A DNA stretch of 64,000 bases, from contig CP084167.1 of the NCBI GenBank assembly GCA_021513715.1, positions 2,432,001 through 2,496,000 of the forward strand, read 5' to 3'. The translations under genes and the position numbers were made by a program. Positions 1 to 11,305 of this stretch are shown piece by piece. Position 1 is the stretch's first letter; every line of letters starts with the position of its first letter. Source of the DNA: Candidatus Heimdallarchaeum endolithica (lineage in GTDB: Archaea; Asgardarchaeota; Heimdallarchaeia; Heimdallarchaeales; Heimdallarchaeaceae). The notes under the pieces are model-generated. The model was given only the letters and a program-made list of their open reading frames with translations. It did no database searches and was not told the origin of the DNA.

Positions 1-1
1 T

Positions 2-3000
2 TCAAAAATTTTTGTTCCTTATACTAAAGATAGAAAAAATAACCATCTACCAGAATCTGAAAACAAAGAGGCAGATATCGTTGTTTACAAAGTTTATGAT
101 AATGAATACGACCCTGACTCTACGTGGCATTATGAATGGTTTATGGGACTAAGTGACAATGTCCATCTTCCTGGAGGAGTAGCACTAGGAGTATCTGAGT
201 CCTTCTTTATGGGCGCAATGGAGATGTTCTTAGCTAAGTTTGATTATACCGCTTTATGGCAAGATGTAAGAGATGTTTACTTAGATCCAAGCGACTTCTA
301 TCGCCATTTGGCAATGGTACAAATACCAGGAGACATAGCTGCTATTCTAAGTCAAGGACCTGACCCCTATCTCGTTGCACAAGATATATTACAAAAACAG
401 ATGAAAGATGGACAACAATTCAAACATGCTTACGAAGAAACCTTAGAACTTTTATCAGAAGATATGAGAAATTTGGGACTTATGAGTACTAAACAGATTG
501 GTTTTAACCCACAGAGAGAATATGTCAGATTGAACTTTGATTCAATAGAAGATATAGTCGCTAATAGAAAATATTTATCGAATCTTAAACAAAGAAAAGA
601 ACTTGCACGAATGTTACAATCAGGAGTGATACTCCAATTTATTCAATGGGGACTCTTTGCTCCTCAAATGATTTATCAGAAAGTTTTAGGAACAGTAATG
701 AGTTTACCTGAAGCTTTAGCTTTTTCCGGATTCCAACTTTTTCTCCAGATGTTTGGTGGAAGAATGAGTACAAGTAAAATGGTTCGTATGCTATCTAACA
801 CCCAACTTTCAACTTTACAACGTGATAAACGTTGGTACCAACTAATGCAATCGTTTGGACATGCTTATTGGTACAATTATGTAATGGAATGGCTCTACTC
901 TTTACAAGATATTTCTGACTCAAAAATACTAGAAATATTATCCACTACTTACCCAGAAATGGTTCCAAGATTATCAAAGTTCCTACCAATTGCGGAAAGA
1001 GAAGGAATAGAGCTAAAAGATAAGTATGTAGATGGAAAAAATGCAAAACTAGACTACTTCTCATCAGATGAAAGTTTCAAATCTAAGATTACTGATGAAA
1101 TGATTAAAAAATTCTTCATTGAAGAATTAAAAAAACTAATAGATAGCATTTTTGATACTAGAGGAAATTACAAAAATATTCTCCAAGAGTTTAACGAACA
1201 ACAAATAGATGAATTTAGTAAAAAGGATATAGATAATATAATTAAAACCTTAGATAGCTCTAATAATGACTTATCCTCAGTTCGAGAATTACTTTATCGA
1301 TTTATTAACCCTCAACTTGTAGGAAATTTAGAAAATGGGAAAATCGTTGTAGGTTTAGTAATAGACAATAGAGGAAATGTTAGAATACCTCTAACTAAAA
1401 TAACTAAAGAAGGTATATTAAATGGACAGATACCTGAAGCATATTCTATAGGCACAAAATACTTCAAGGGCTCGTTTATGTACAACATCCTTAAACAAAT
1501 TTATAACTTAGTTCAACTGAATGCACTCTTTAACGAAGATAGACTATTGAAACTTACAGAAAGTTCATCTAGGAAAATAGATGATGATATTAAAAGCTTA
1601 ATGACAAAGCTAATTAACGAAGATAAACAACTGCAATCTTGGTTAGTTAACAATAAACTAATTACCGACGAAAAACTGAAATTTACTACAAAAGAGCTGA
1701 ATGAAAATAAATTTGGGAATATACTCCTAAAAATTCTAAAAAGATATTATTCTACTGATATTCCGCAGTCTGTTCAAGGAGAACTGTTTTTCATAGGATT
1801 AACTTTCTTTAGAGACGCCTTAATTTTAACCAGTGATGTTCATAAAAAAATGAAAATTGCTCAAATAAATGCTTTAAATGAAATAAGAATCAAACATGGT
1901 TTACCAATTATTGACATTATAAGTCCTTGGTTAAAAATAATTTATGATGAAAATGGTAGAGCAACAGATATAGTAGCAAATGTTAAGGATGAGCATGGAT
2001 ATTATTTGAGTTGGTTAAAGTTATTTTTACGTTCAGAAGAAACCAAAAATCCATATGATGACTATCACGCTGGAAAAACTGGATCCGACGGACTAGTAAA
2101 AGGAATAAAAGGCTATGTATTTCAAGATGAAAGTACTAAAGAATTTATATTTTATGACGTACTAACTAAAATGGAATTTAAACTGTCTATCTCTAATCAT
2201 GGAAAAAATCCTTCTTTATTTTCACCTAAAGCTGTATTTGAAATTCCATATTCACAGATGACAGAGGAAAGTAAAGCATTTGTTGAAAAAATGGATTATA
2301 ATATTAAAACTGATCCAAATGATCCCAACTCAAAAAAAATTGAAACGCATGAACTAATTAACTATGGATTGAAAAACTCAAAGAATGTAATAGAAACAAT
2401 TCAAAGATATTTAGACCTATATCCTAACAAGGTTAGTCAAAAGGTTTATGAAACAATTACTGAGAATGAAATAAAAAATTTATTTAATTCTAAAAATAAA
2501 GATGCAGGTTTCAATGTGATGCATGTCTACCAAAAACAAACATTATATGCTGATTTATACGCTCTTGCTGCAGGAGAACTTGTTCCTATTAAAGACGAAG
2601 ATGGATTTATTATTCTATTCGATAATGGAAAAGAAACAAATTACAGACAAATATTACTAAATGAAAAAGATATGTTGGGAAAGAGAGTAAGCAATATGAA
2701 GTTTGGTTTGTATACTCCAGTATATGAAGTAAATAATTTAGAAAAAATTAATATTAGAGGAAAATATTATCCCATCTATCTTCATGGGGAAACATTCGCC
2801 AGACATACGAAAAATGGAATGAAATATAATAACATTATACCCATTACTTGTGCAGATAACACTAAACTAAATATCATGCCAGCAATATTTTATGAACCTG
2901 AAAATAAACTATTTTACTCTTTCAAATCTGATATGTCTATTTGGACAGGTAAAACGGCAGAAGAATTAAGAAAAAATATTAAACAAGATTTAGATGGTAA

Positions 3001-5404
3001 AGTCTCAAATGAAAACGATAATGTTAACTTACCCTATATCTATATTTCAACAAATGCAGAAATTGTTAACAATCAAATCAAAGTGGAACTAGCACAAAAA
3101 TTAGTCAATAATCTAGCTAACGGAGAAATAGATGATCAAGGAATAGAAAAGAAAATAAAATGGAAACTATCCCTATTTAATTCAGTATATGAACCTAAAG
3201 AAGGAAATAACTGGTATGACTACTATTCACCGAATGTGGGAACATTTGCAAGTATAGGGACTAATGGAAAAAGTTCAAGAATCACTAGCGATTTGATCAT
3301 TAAGAATGGGGACAGGCTTGAAGCAAAAGAAGTAAATTTTGAATATGGGAAGGTACCAATTAGATATTTAAAATTATTCAACATAATGAGTACTGGCGAT
3401 TATTATAGCAGTAATTTTGATAAATATAGTAAGGAAGGTTATAACAAATTCTATTCAGTTCAAGGAAAACTATTAATGTCTATACAAGATGGAATAGAAT
3501 GGGATATGCACGTAGAAGATATAGTGGGAGATTTATTTTTACTCAGAAATTCTATAAAAGTAGAAGTTGATTCACAAAAAAAAGGACAGGATAATATTGC
3601 ACTCCTAGGCAAAAACGGTATAATAGAGGCTTTAAGAGGTGGTCAGACTAGATGGAAAAAGATGACAATTAAAGAACTAGAAAATCTAGCACAAGCTATT
3701 CAAATCAGACATAAATTATTTAAATTCCTTGATACAGAAATAAATGTTGGAACGGAGATGGTTAATGCAGTTGGAATAAAATATTATTCTTTAGAGATGG
3801 AACAAGAAATCTATGCTGCAGGTGTAGAAATAGAAAAAATAAAAGATACATATGACATCAAAAAATCAATAGATGATATAATAAGCATAATGCAAAAAGT
3901 ATATGGAAAAGAAGAAATTAATGTGTATGATGAAGAAATCCCATATATAGAAACAATATACAATGAAAAAATATACTTGTATGATTTTATAAATTACAGA
4001 GACGGAACAATTTCAGAAAGTAAAAGGAAAAAGATAGAAGAAGAATTAGTAAACAATAAAATAAAAGTAGGTACAGAATCTGGAATATACGGAAGCTCAA
4101 GTATTAATATCCTAAATTTGATTAATCCAAAAGACAACGAATTAATAGGTCGAGTAAATATTAAATCAATTTCTACTATGTTAGAAGCCGTATTTTCACA
4201 AAAAAGTGAATATAGTATTGGAACTTTCTTACCTGAAATATTTGAAGAACCCAGAAAAGAACTGAAAAAAATATACAGGTTAAAAGAAGAAGAAAAACTT
4301 ACTCCTAAAATAATATTAGACAATGAACCCTATTTAAAAGAAGCTTTAATTATGTATATTATAGATTTAGCAGAAGCTATATATAAGAAATCTATTCACC
4401 AAAATTTAAATTCAAGAGGAATTTCCCAAATAAAGGACACACTTATATATTATAATAAAAATAAATTACAAAAAATTGGTTCAATCATAGAGTATGAGAA
4501 TAAAAGGAAACAAGTAATAAATTATTTAAAAGAAGAACTTGGACTAAATAGAAATTCACAAAAATATAGCGAAGAAGAAGAGTACCTAAATCTTTTAAAA
4601 ATATTTATTATAGACATTTTTCGATTTAATGTAGATCTTAAACTTTTCCAAAAATTCATTTTCCTAACATCAAAACAAGAATTAGTAGGTGGTTCAGGAT
4701 GTTACAAGAGAAAACTACTAGTACCAATGCTTGCATTAAACTTTTTGATGAAAATATATGATATTTATACTGGATATAGAACATGGAAAATAATATCAGA
4801 TGAGGAAATAATAATAGATAATGGAGCAGGACTGGATGGACTGAGGTTTCTAAAAAGAATCAACAGAATAGAAAATAAAGCATTAAAATTATATGAAGAA
4901 ATAAGAACAAAAGCAAAATTAGAAAATACATTAATAACAAAAGAATATTTGGAAAACTATAGAACTGTCAACACAGTAGAAAAAACAGAAGAAAGAATGA
5001 TAGTTGATGTACTAATAAAACTCTACAGTGAAAATGTCCCCATGCCTGCAACTGTTATACTAAAGAACTTCAATGGAGAAATAATTAAAAAACCGACAAA
5101 AGAAGATATATTATATATACAACTATACACAATAGTGAGATCACAACAAGAACTAGACGCAATAAATGCATTAAAAGGAATAGATTTGTTGAAATTTTAT
5201 ATGAGCGCTACAATACTAACTGTACATAATAGATTATTAAAAGACAAAATAAAAGGCTCTTTTTGGCTTAAAATGAAAAGTGGATTTGAGAAACTTCTAT
5301 CTGACACTGGAGCTACAGCAATTGATGTATCCGAAGCGTTGATAACCTATGCAAACATGGAAAAATACTTCTTTATATGGCGAAATAATTATTCCGATCG
5401 ATAA
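2..5404 (+). CDS. Giant hypothetical protein, 5'-truncated by the window edge (>1800 aa)
   Basis: The frame of ORF 143..5404 is open back to position 2 (SKIFVPYTKDRK...), so the true start lies upstream. Lys/Ile/Asn/Glu-rich with no domain I can recognise. Confidence 0.85.
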   Translation, partial: SKIFVPYTKDRKNNHLPESENKEADIVVYKVYDNEYDPDSTWHYEWFMGLSDNVHLPGGVALGVSESFFMGAMEMFLAKFDYTALWQDVRDVYLDPSDFYRHLAMVQIPGDIAAILSQGPDPYLVAQDILQKQMKDGQQFKHAYEETLELLSEDMRNLGLMSTKQIGFNPQREYVRLNFDSIEDIVANRKYLSNLKQRKELARMLQSGVILQFIQWGLFAPQMIYQKVLGTVMSLPEALAFSGFQLFLQMFGGRMSTSKMVRMLSNTQLSTLQRDKRWYQLMQSFGHAYWYNYVMEWLYSLQDISDSKILEILSTTYPEMVPRLSKFLPIAEREGIELKDKYVDGKNAKLDYFSSDESFKSKITDEMIKKFFIEELKKLIDSIFDTRGNYKNILQEFNEQQIDEFSKKDIDNIIKTLDSSNNDLSSVRELLYRFINPQLVGNLENGKIVVGLVIDNRGNVRIPLTKITKEGILNGQIPEAYSIGTKYFKGSFMYNILKQIYNLVQLNALFNEDRLLKLTESSSRKIDDDIKSLMTKLINEDKQLQSWLVNNKLITDEKLKFTTKELNENKFGNILLKILKRYYSTDIPQSVQGELFFIGLTFFRDALILTSDVHKKMKIAQINALNEIRIKHGLPIIDIISPWLKIIYDENGRATDIVANVKDEHGYYLSWLKLFLRSEETKNPYDDYHAGKTGSDGLVKGIKGYVFQDESTKEFIFYDVLTKMEFKLSISNHGKNPSLFSPKAVFEIPYSQMTEESKAFVEKMDYNIKTDPNDPNSKKIETHELINYGLKNSKNVIETIQRYLDLYPNKVSQKVYETITENEIKNLFNSKNKDAGFNVMHVYQKQTLYADLYALAAGELVPIKDEDGFIILFDNGKETNYRQILLNEKDMLGKRVSNMKFGLYTPVYEVNNLEKINIRGKYYPIYLHGETFARHTKNGMKYNNIIPITCADNTKLNIMPAIFYEPENKLFYSFKSDMSIWTGKTAEELRKNIKQDLDGKVSNENDNVNLPYIYISTNAEIVNNQIKVELAQKLVNNLANGEIDDQGIEKKIKWKLSLFNSVYEPKEGNNWYDYYSPNVGTFASIGTNGKSSRITSDLIIKNGDRLEAKEVNFEYGKVPIRYLKLFNIMSTGDYYSSNFDKYSKEGYNKFYSVQGKLLMSIQDGIEWDMHVEDIVGDLFLLRNSIKVEVDSQKKGQDNIALLGKNGIIEALRGGQTRWKKMTIKELENLAQAIQIRHKLFKFLDTEINVGTEMVNAVGIKYYSLEMEQEIYAAGVEIEKIKDTYDIKKSIDDIISIMQKVYGKEEINVYDEEIPYIETIYNEKIYLYDFINYRDGTISESKRKKIEEELVNNKIKVGTESGIYGSSSINILNLINPKDNELIGRVNIKSISTMLEAVFSQKSEYSIGTFLPEIFEEPRKELKKIYRLKEEEKLTPKIILDNEPYLKEALIMYIIDLAEAIYKKSIHQNLNSRGISQIKDTLIYYNKNKLQKIGSIIEYENKRKQVINYLKEELGLNRNSQKYSEEEEYLNLLKIFIIDIFRFNVDLKLFQKFIFLTSKQELVGGSGCYKRKLLVPMLALNFLMKIYDIYTGYRTWKIISDEEIIIDNGAGLDGLRFLKRINRIENKALKLYEEIRTKAKLENTLITKEYLENYRTVNTVEKTEERMIVDVLIKLYSENVPMPATVILKNFNGEIIKKPTKEDILYIQLYTIVRSQQELDAINALKGIDLLKFYMSATILTVHNRLLKDKIKGSFWLKMKSGFEKLLSDTGATAIDVSEALITYANMEKYFFIWRNNYSDR

Positions 5405-5696
5405 ATAAGAAAACTAAAAGAAACATTAATAGATAAATAACTAAAAACCCTCTTCCATCTTTTTTAAAAGGTTAGAGCTCTTTTGTCCCGTTTTCTATAG
5501 ATTTTTTTTCTTTTAAAAATTTTTCCAAAGAAAACGAAAAGAATGAATTTTTGAATTTTATTTTTTTTTAGTCTTTTATGTGCGTTTAATTCTTTTTCTA
5601 TGAACTTTTTCAAGAGCAAGATTGACGTACAACAATTTGTATAAAAATCAAGTTGATCTCACTATTTTAATAAGTGTCCTATGTTACTTTATTTTA

Positions 5697-6428
5697 ATGA
5701 GCACAGAGTTTATTCGGGTAGAAAACCTTTGTAAGGCCTATATTTCTCCTGCAGAACGTTTGGACGTTCTTCGTGGTTGTTCTTTCACTATTTTCTCTGG
5801 TGATGTTGTTTGCCTTTTAGGTGTTAGTGGCTCTGGTAAGACTACTCTTTTAAATCTTCTTTCTGGTCTTGATTCTCCTACTTCTGGAGAAATCTATTAT
5901 GATGGTGTTCCTCTTCATTCTCTAACCTTGGACCAGATTTATGATTTTCGTCTAAAAAATATCGGTTTTATTTTCCAAGATTTTCATCTTTTAGAGCATT
6001 TTACAGCTCTTGAAAATGTTATGTCTCCCCTTCTTCTTCAAGGTCATTCAGAGTCTTTTTCTCGTAATCTTTCTTTGGATTTACTCTCTCAAGTTGGTTT
6101 ATCTGATAAAGTTGATAGTTATCCAGATCAACTAAGTTCTGGTCAAAAACAACGTGTTGCTATTGCTCGTTCTCTTGCAAAAGTTCCTTTTCCTCGTCTG
6201 CTTATTGCTGATGAACCTACAGGTACACTTGATTCTCGTACAGGTGATTCCATTATGGAGCTTATTCTTGGTCTTTCTGTTGAACATAATCTTACTACTA
6301 TTTTTACTACTCATGAACTATTTGTTGCTAAACTAGCTTCTCGCATTTTTTTGCTTCGTGGTGGAAAGGTTACTTCCCTTTTACCCTCTGATTTGAATAA
6401 TGAGTCTTTTCTTTCTTCCCTTGTATAA
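5697..6428 (+). CDS. ABC transporter ATP-binding protein (LolD/MacB-like)
   Basis: Walker A GVSGSGKTT, Q-loop GFIFQDFHLL, signature LSSGQKQRVAIAR, Walker B LLIADEPTG. Likely start is the ATG at 5697 (MSTEF). Confidence 0.93.
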   Translation: MSTEFIRVENLCKAYISPAERLDVLRGCSFTIFSGDVVCLLGVSGSGKTTLLNLLSGLDSPTSGEIYYDGVPLHSLTLDQIYDFRLKNIGFIFQDFHLLEHFTALENVMSPLLLQGHSESFSRNLSLDLLSQVGLSDKVDSYPDQLSSGQKQRVAIARSLAKVPFPRLLIADEPTGTLDSRTGDSIMELILGLSVEHNLTTIFTTHELFVAKLASRIFLLRGGKVTSLLPSDLNNESFLSSLV

Positions 6429-6478
6429 TTTGAAAATTTAAATAGTTTAGATGTAATAAATTAATGTAGGATAGTAAA

Positions 6479-9337
6479 ATGAACTCTTTCCCTTCCTCTT
6501 CATCCTCTTCTCGGTTACGTTATTATTTTAAGCGCATTCTTTTTCATATAAAGCAAATTTTTAAGAATATTTCAAGTAAAAAGCTTAATAGTCTTATTGT
6601 CATTTTCGGCTTAGTCTTTTCTCTCACTTCTCTCTTTGTTTCTAGTATTTGGGTTGAAACCAATAAATCTCTTATTTCAGATAGTTATATCGATAGCTTA
6701 GATTACGAGATGTATGTAACTTCCTATATGCCATATCGCATGAATGAGATATATGAATTTGTTATCTCTGATCCTCTTGTTTCTCAAGCTGATTATCTTT
6801 ATCTCACTGAAGCTCTTTTCAATTTTGAAGATAAATCACCTGAATATAGATTTTTTCCAGAAAATAACCAAGAAGACCCCTCTAATCCCATTTCTATTAC
6901 CTCTGCAATTCTTTTACCTTCTTCTTCAATTAATCGTATAGGAGTTAATTTTAATCTTGAAGGTAATTTGAGTCTTCGTTCTAATGAGATTTTAATCAGT
7001 GATTTTGAAGCGATAGAGTTAGAACGTATTTATAATTGTTCTATTGTTCCTGGTATTACTCTTAATCTAGCAATAACAAAACGTATTCCTTACACTGATG
7101 GTGGTGAAGTTTACCTTAAATATTTTGATCTTAACGTCTATTCTAACTTTACAGTTGCTGCAATTTATTCAACTAACTCTGCTAGAACTATTCTCAATAA
7201 GCTCTTGGGCGGTTATGGTTCTTCTCTAAGTCCTTTAGATGATTCAATTATTTTTCCACTAGAAGCTTTTTCTTCTTCTGATCTCTATACTTTGGAACGT
7301 AATGGACTCCTACCTAAACTCCTTGTCAAAACACGTGCCGATAAGATGCGTGAAAATGGCATTTCTCAAATGGTTGATTCTTTAGCTGCTTTACGTGACC
7401 GTATTACTGCTCGTTTTTACTTCAGTAACTGCATTTTGCTTGATGATGAGATTCAATCTATGGTGGATGAGTATGGGCGTATTTCTAAATCCTTTGTTCT
7501 TTTTGTTCCATCTATTATTGTTTCTATGCTTCTTGTAATTGTTTCTTCAAATATAACTATCAATCAACGACAAGAGGAGGTTGGAATTCTAAGAGTGAAA
7601 GGAGCTCTACCCTATCAAATTATATTGTTATTTTTCTCTGAATTCATGATTCTCAGTTTTATTTCACTGATTATAAGTTTCGGATTAAGTATTCTTGTTT
7701 CTGGAATATTAACTGGCCCTAGCAATTTTTCTTTTTTCTATTATTATCTGCAGATACCTATTTCAAATATTGAATTGAATACTATTGCCGTCTTAGGAAT
7801 TTATTTAGTTTCAATGTTCCTCAAACTTTATTCGTTTATTAGTCAAGAAGTAAAAGAAAGTTTTATTATTTCTAGACGTGGCCGTCAAGCAATTAATAAA
7901 AGTCTATTTGTATTTATTTTTATTCTTCTGCTAGTAGGTTTTATTTTTGAACTTATAGACTTTAAGAAAAGTACGAATAGTTACTCGCATTCACTAACTT
8001 CTATGATTTTGAGCGTAAGACTTTTTTTATTATTTATAGGACTGATTTTACTTTTGCTTTATTTGTTATCTTTAACTTTAAATTTTGCTTTAGTTAAAAT
8101 TAAACCTGTTTACTCATTATTGCTGAAAAAATCAAGTTTCTTTATCCACAAAAATATTCAGCGACCTCGTAAATCTTTTTCCTCTTTAACACTTTTCTTT
8201 CTTATTGCTTTTTCTCTATTAAGCTTTAGTTTAGCTCTCCAGACTTCTCTTCTCAAGAACATTAATGATGAACAATACTATTTACAAGGTGCAGATCTTA
8301 GAATAGTTTCTCATTCCACTAATATTAGTTCTTTTGAAGAGAAAATAGGAAAAATAGAGGGAATTGAAGAAGCTATGGGTATATATTCCGCGACAGCTAA
8401 AATTGCTTCACTTACTATTGAACTATTTGGAGTTGAACCCCTAAAATATCTAGAGATTGGTAGGTGGATTGATGTAAGTTTTGTTAATTATTCCGCTTCA
8501 GAAGCTCTTCATAAACTTGTTTTAGATCCTTTTGGAATTTGTATAAGTGACTATATGGCAGAAAGATTAGGCTTTAGTATAGACCAGTCTATATATATTT
8601 CTGACTTCTTTGGTAGGTCTTCTTTCCTCTCATTTAATATTTCCTCTCTAATTCACTCTGCACCAGGACTAGGTTTTGCTCATGGAATTAACTCAAAAGT
8701 TGGAAGATATGTTGAAGAGTATATATTACTTAACAAGGAAATTCTCTCTACTTTTTTAGGGGTATCAAACGGTACGTTGTTTTTGGCTTCAGTTTCTGAC
8801 CCAAAAAAAGTGGATTCAATAAAAGATCAACTTTTGGAATTTGATGAAGTTGTTAGTGTTAACCCTGAAAAAATTAACCCTAATTATATAGGTTACTTTA
8901 TTCTACAGTTTATTCCAGATATATGGGCTATGTTAGCTATTTCTGTGACTTTTATCTTGATTATAAGTGTAGTATATGTATTTATGTCAATTAACCACAT
9001 ATTACGGCAAAGAAGAGAAGAGTATGCTTTATTATTAGCTCTCGGCGCCAATCCAAGGAATATTCGTAAAATGATATTCTTTGAATTAAATATTTATATT
9101 TTTGTTACACTATTTCTTGGTATACTTTTTGGTATTTTAAGTGCTTTAGGTTCACTGTATTTTGTCAAACCTTTGTTGATAACGCAAGAAATTATTCCTC
9201 TGAAACTTCATGTAAACTTTCTTCTATTGCTCTTAATTATTGTAGTTTTCTTATTTACCACTCTTTTTAGTTCTTTATCGATAATAAGGGCACAAACGAA
9301 AACTGATATCATTAATGAATTAAGAATAGAAAAATAG
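6479..9337 (+). CDS. ABC transporter permease, FtsX/LolE-like with duplicated permease domains
   Basis: Two R-x-E-x-x-x-L-x-x-x-G-A FtsX motifs (QRQEEVGILRVKGA, QRREEYALLLALGA), many TM helices, GADLRI motif; adjacent to the ATPase. Confidence 0.88.
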   Translation: MNSFPSSSSSSRLRYYFKRILFHIKQIFKNISSKKLNSLIVIFGLVFSLTSLFVSSIWVETNKSLISDSYIDSLDYEMYVTSYMPYRMNEIYEFVISDPLVSQADYLYLTEALFNFEDKSPEYRFFPENNQEDPSNPISITSAILLPSSSINRIGVNFNLEGNLSLRSNEILISDFEAIELERIYNCSIVPGITLNLAITKRIPYTDGGEVYLKYFDLNVYSNFTVAAIYSTNSARTILNKLLGGYGSSLSPLDDSIIFPLEAFSSSDLYTLERNGLLPKLLVKTRADKMRENGISQMVDSLAALRDRITARFYFSNCILLDDEIQSMVDEYGRISKSFVLFVPSIIVSMLLVIVSSNITINQRQEEVGILRVKGALPYQIILLFFSEFMILSFISLIISFGLSILVSGILTGPSNFSFFYYYLQIPISNIELNTIAVLGIYLVSMFLKLYSFISQEVKESFIISRRGRQAINKSLFVFIFILLLVGFIFELIDFKKSTNSYSHSLTSMILSVRLFLLFIGLILLLLYLLSLTLNFALVKIKPVYSLLLKKSSFFIHKNIQRPRKSFSSLTLFFLIAFSLLSFSLALQTSLLKNINDEQYYLQGADLRIVSHSTNISSFEEKIGKIEGIEEAMGIYSATAKIASLTIELFGVEPLKYLEIGRWIDVSFVNYSASEALHKLVLDPFGICISDYMAERLGFSIDQSIYISDFFGRSSFLSFNISSLIHSAPGLGFAHGINSKVGRYVEEYILLNKEILSTFLGVSNGTLFLASVSDPKKVDSIKDQLLEFDEVVSVNPEKINPNYIGYFILQFIPDIWAMLAISVTFILIISVVYVFMSINHILRQRREEYALLLALGANPRNIRKMIFFELNIYIFVTLFLGILFGILSALGSLYFVKPLLITQEIIPLKLHVNFLLLLLIIVVFLFTTLFSSLSIIRAQTKTDIINELRIEK

Positions 9338-9368
9338 AAGTTGCTAATAAACATCTTGTCTTCTATTC

Positions 9369-10505
9369 TTAGACAATAAGTAGTTCCTTTCGAGCTTTGT
9401 CTAATACTTCTTCAACCATAAATTCATACGAATCTTTCCATGAAAGAGTTCTAAAGGAAAAGTTACTGGGGTCAAAGCTCTTGTTAATATAGCTTTGTGG
9501 ATCAATTACCATTATTTGAAGCGCAGGGAACATTGACCAAAGTAGATTTATTAATCTCATTTTTTCACTAGGTGGGAGAAGAATTTTCCACAAAAAACCG
9601 TCATCTGTCTGTCTAAAGTCAGAATCAAAAGGTAATGATAGATTCTGAAGGAGGTACACAATTTTGGTTAAGGCTCTAGTACCACAAATTACCTTAAATA
9701 TAAGATCATCTTGTAAACCGTAAAATTGTGGGTCGAATTTTACTAGATAGTTTCTAATGACATTTTCTTGAAGAAACTTTATTCTTCGAGATAGCGTGTA
9801 TTCAGGAATATCTAGCTCTTTAGCAATGTCTGCATTCTTTTTACTTGTATCTTCCAGTAGTTCTTTTAGAATCATAAAATCTTCATAATGCATTCTGGGA
9901 AGAATATTTTTTGCTTTTTCTCTAATTATTTTTTGAAGAGAAAAAAAAGCAGGAACGTAATCTACGCTGTCAATATTCTTTTCCCATAAATCCCAGTTAA
10001 AATTAGTGAATTCATTATTTTTTGGGTTCCAACATTCTAGATTTAATCTCGTTTTAATACCGTTTCCAATATAATACGAGTGAACAATTTCCTTGATTAT
10101 ATCATGAATTTTCAAATATTCTAAAAAAGTAAAGATGTTGTTGACTGAATTAGAGGGAATGTGGACCTTTAACATTATTCCATTTATTGCACCGTAACAT
10201 CTGCTCTGCTGAACTAGATATGGTTGAAATTGCAAAACTCTTTCTAAGACTTGTAGTTTATCTCTAGATTCTACACGTAGTAAAAAAATATGGCTTTCTA
10301 AACCTAAAGCTTCAGGATAATATTCTGCATGAAAACCCTTGATAAACCCCTTATTCATTAAAGAATTTAACCGTTTTTTTACTGTCGGCGGGCTGAGATT
10401 GACTTCTTTTGCTAATTTAGAATAAGAAAATTTTGGTTCTTGAAAAATACTTTTCAAAATGGTATACTCTTCCATTGAGAGAGATTTAGTAGCAAAAGAA
10501 CTCAT
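9369..10505 (-). CDS. Lrp/AsnC-like transcriptional regulator with two winged-HTH domains
   Basis: SYSKLAKEVNLSPPTVKKRLNSL and NADIAKELDIPEYTLSRRIKFL. Likely start MSSFATK. Confidence 0.8.
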   Translation of the reverse strand: MSSFATKSLSMEEYTILKSIFQEPKFSYSKLAKEVNLSPPTVKKRLNSLMNKGFIKGFHAEYYPEALGLESHIFLLRVESRDKLQVLERVLQFQPYLVQQSRCYGAINGIMLKVHIPSNSVNNIFTFLEYLKIHDIIKEIVHSYYIGNGIKTRLNLECWNPKNNEFTNFNWDLWEKNIDSVDYVPAFFSLQKIIREKAKNILPRMHYEDFMILKELLEDTSKKNADIAKELDIPEYTLSRRIKFLQENVIRNYLVKFDPQFYGLQDDLIFKVICGTRALTKIVYLLQNLSLPFDSDFRQTDDGFLWKILLPPSEKMRLINLLWSMFPALQIMVIDPQSYINKSFDPSNFSFRTLSWKDSYEFMVEEVLDKARKELLIV

Positions 10506-10585
10506 TTTTAGACAAGGAGATAAAAATTTGAAGTTTTTATTCTTTGTCCACAAAAAGAATGAGAATAAACAAAAACAAAATGAGA

Positions 10586-11032
10586 TTAGGCGTGGCCTGC
10601 CTTGGTCTCATCATTACCATCTAAAAGTTTCTTGAAGAGTTGAACAAAAGGCTTTTTACCGACAGCGCCAACAACATTACCTAGATATTTTCCATTTTGG
10701 AAAACTAGGAAGTTTGGTATAGAAGATATTCCAAAACGCATAGCTGTTCTTCTGTTTTCATCAACATCGAGTTTTCCAATGTGAACACCTTTATCAGCCC
10801 ACTCTTTTGCTAGTTGCTCCATAATAGGTGCCATTGTTCTGCATGGCATACACCAAGCTGCCCATGTGTCTACTACAACTATTCCTTCTTGTTTTACAAA
10901 CTCATCGAAATCGTTGTCAGTTATATTTACAGCAACTCCTGTAGGGAATTTTGCTGTCTGTTGACTTGTATTTAATAATTCTTCCATTTTCTTTCTTCTT
11001 AATTCTTCTAATGTCTCATCGTCTTGAATCAT
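10586..11032 (-). CDS. trxA: Thioredoxin
   Basis: WAAWCMPC active site, LDVDEN, SIPNF cis-Pro motif, archaeal-type N-terminal helix (DETLEELRRKKMEEL). Confidence 0.92.
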   Translation of the reverse strand: MIQDDETLEELRRKKMEELLNTSQQTAKFPTGVAVNITDNDFDEFVKQEGIVVVDTWAAWCMPCRTMAPIMEQLAKEWADKGVHIGKLDVDENRRTAMRFGISSIPNFLVFQNGKYLGNVVGAVGKKPFVQLFKKLLDGNDETKAGHA

Positions 11033-11305
11033 AAAGTTTCACCTACTATGTTCACATTTTTCACACACCTTATAAAATCTTCTATTAGGCAAATTTATCT
11101 GTTTAAGCACTAGAGATGAGAAACTAGTTGATGTTTTCTATTAATTACTTTCTTTGTTATTACAATAGCTATAGTCTTTTATTCCCTTGTCTGTTGTTAT
11201 TTAAATCCAAGGACATTTTACTTAATATTCTTTTTTCACTCAAAAGGCTTATTAATAAAAAAAGACAAAAGAAGAATGTAAAGAGATAGTTGAGGTTTTC
11301 TATTA

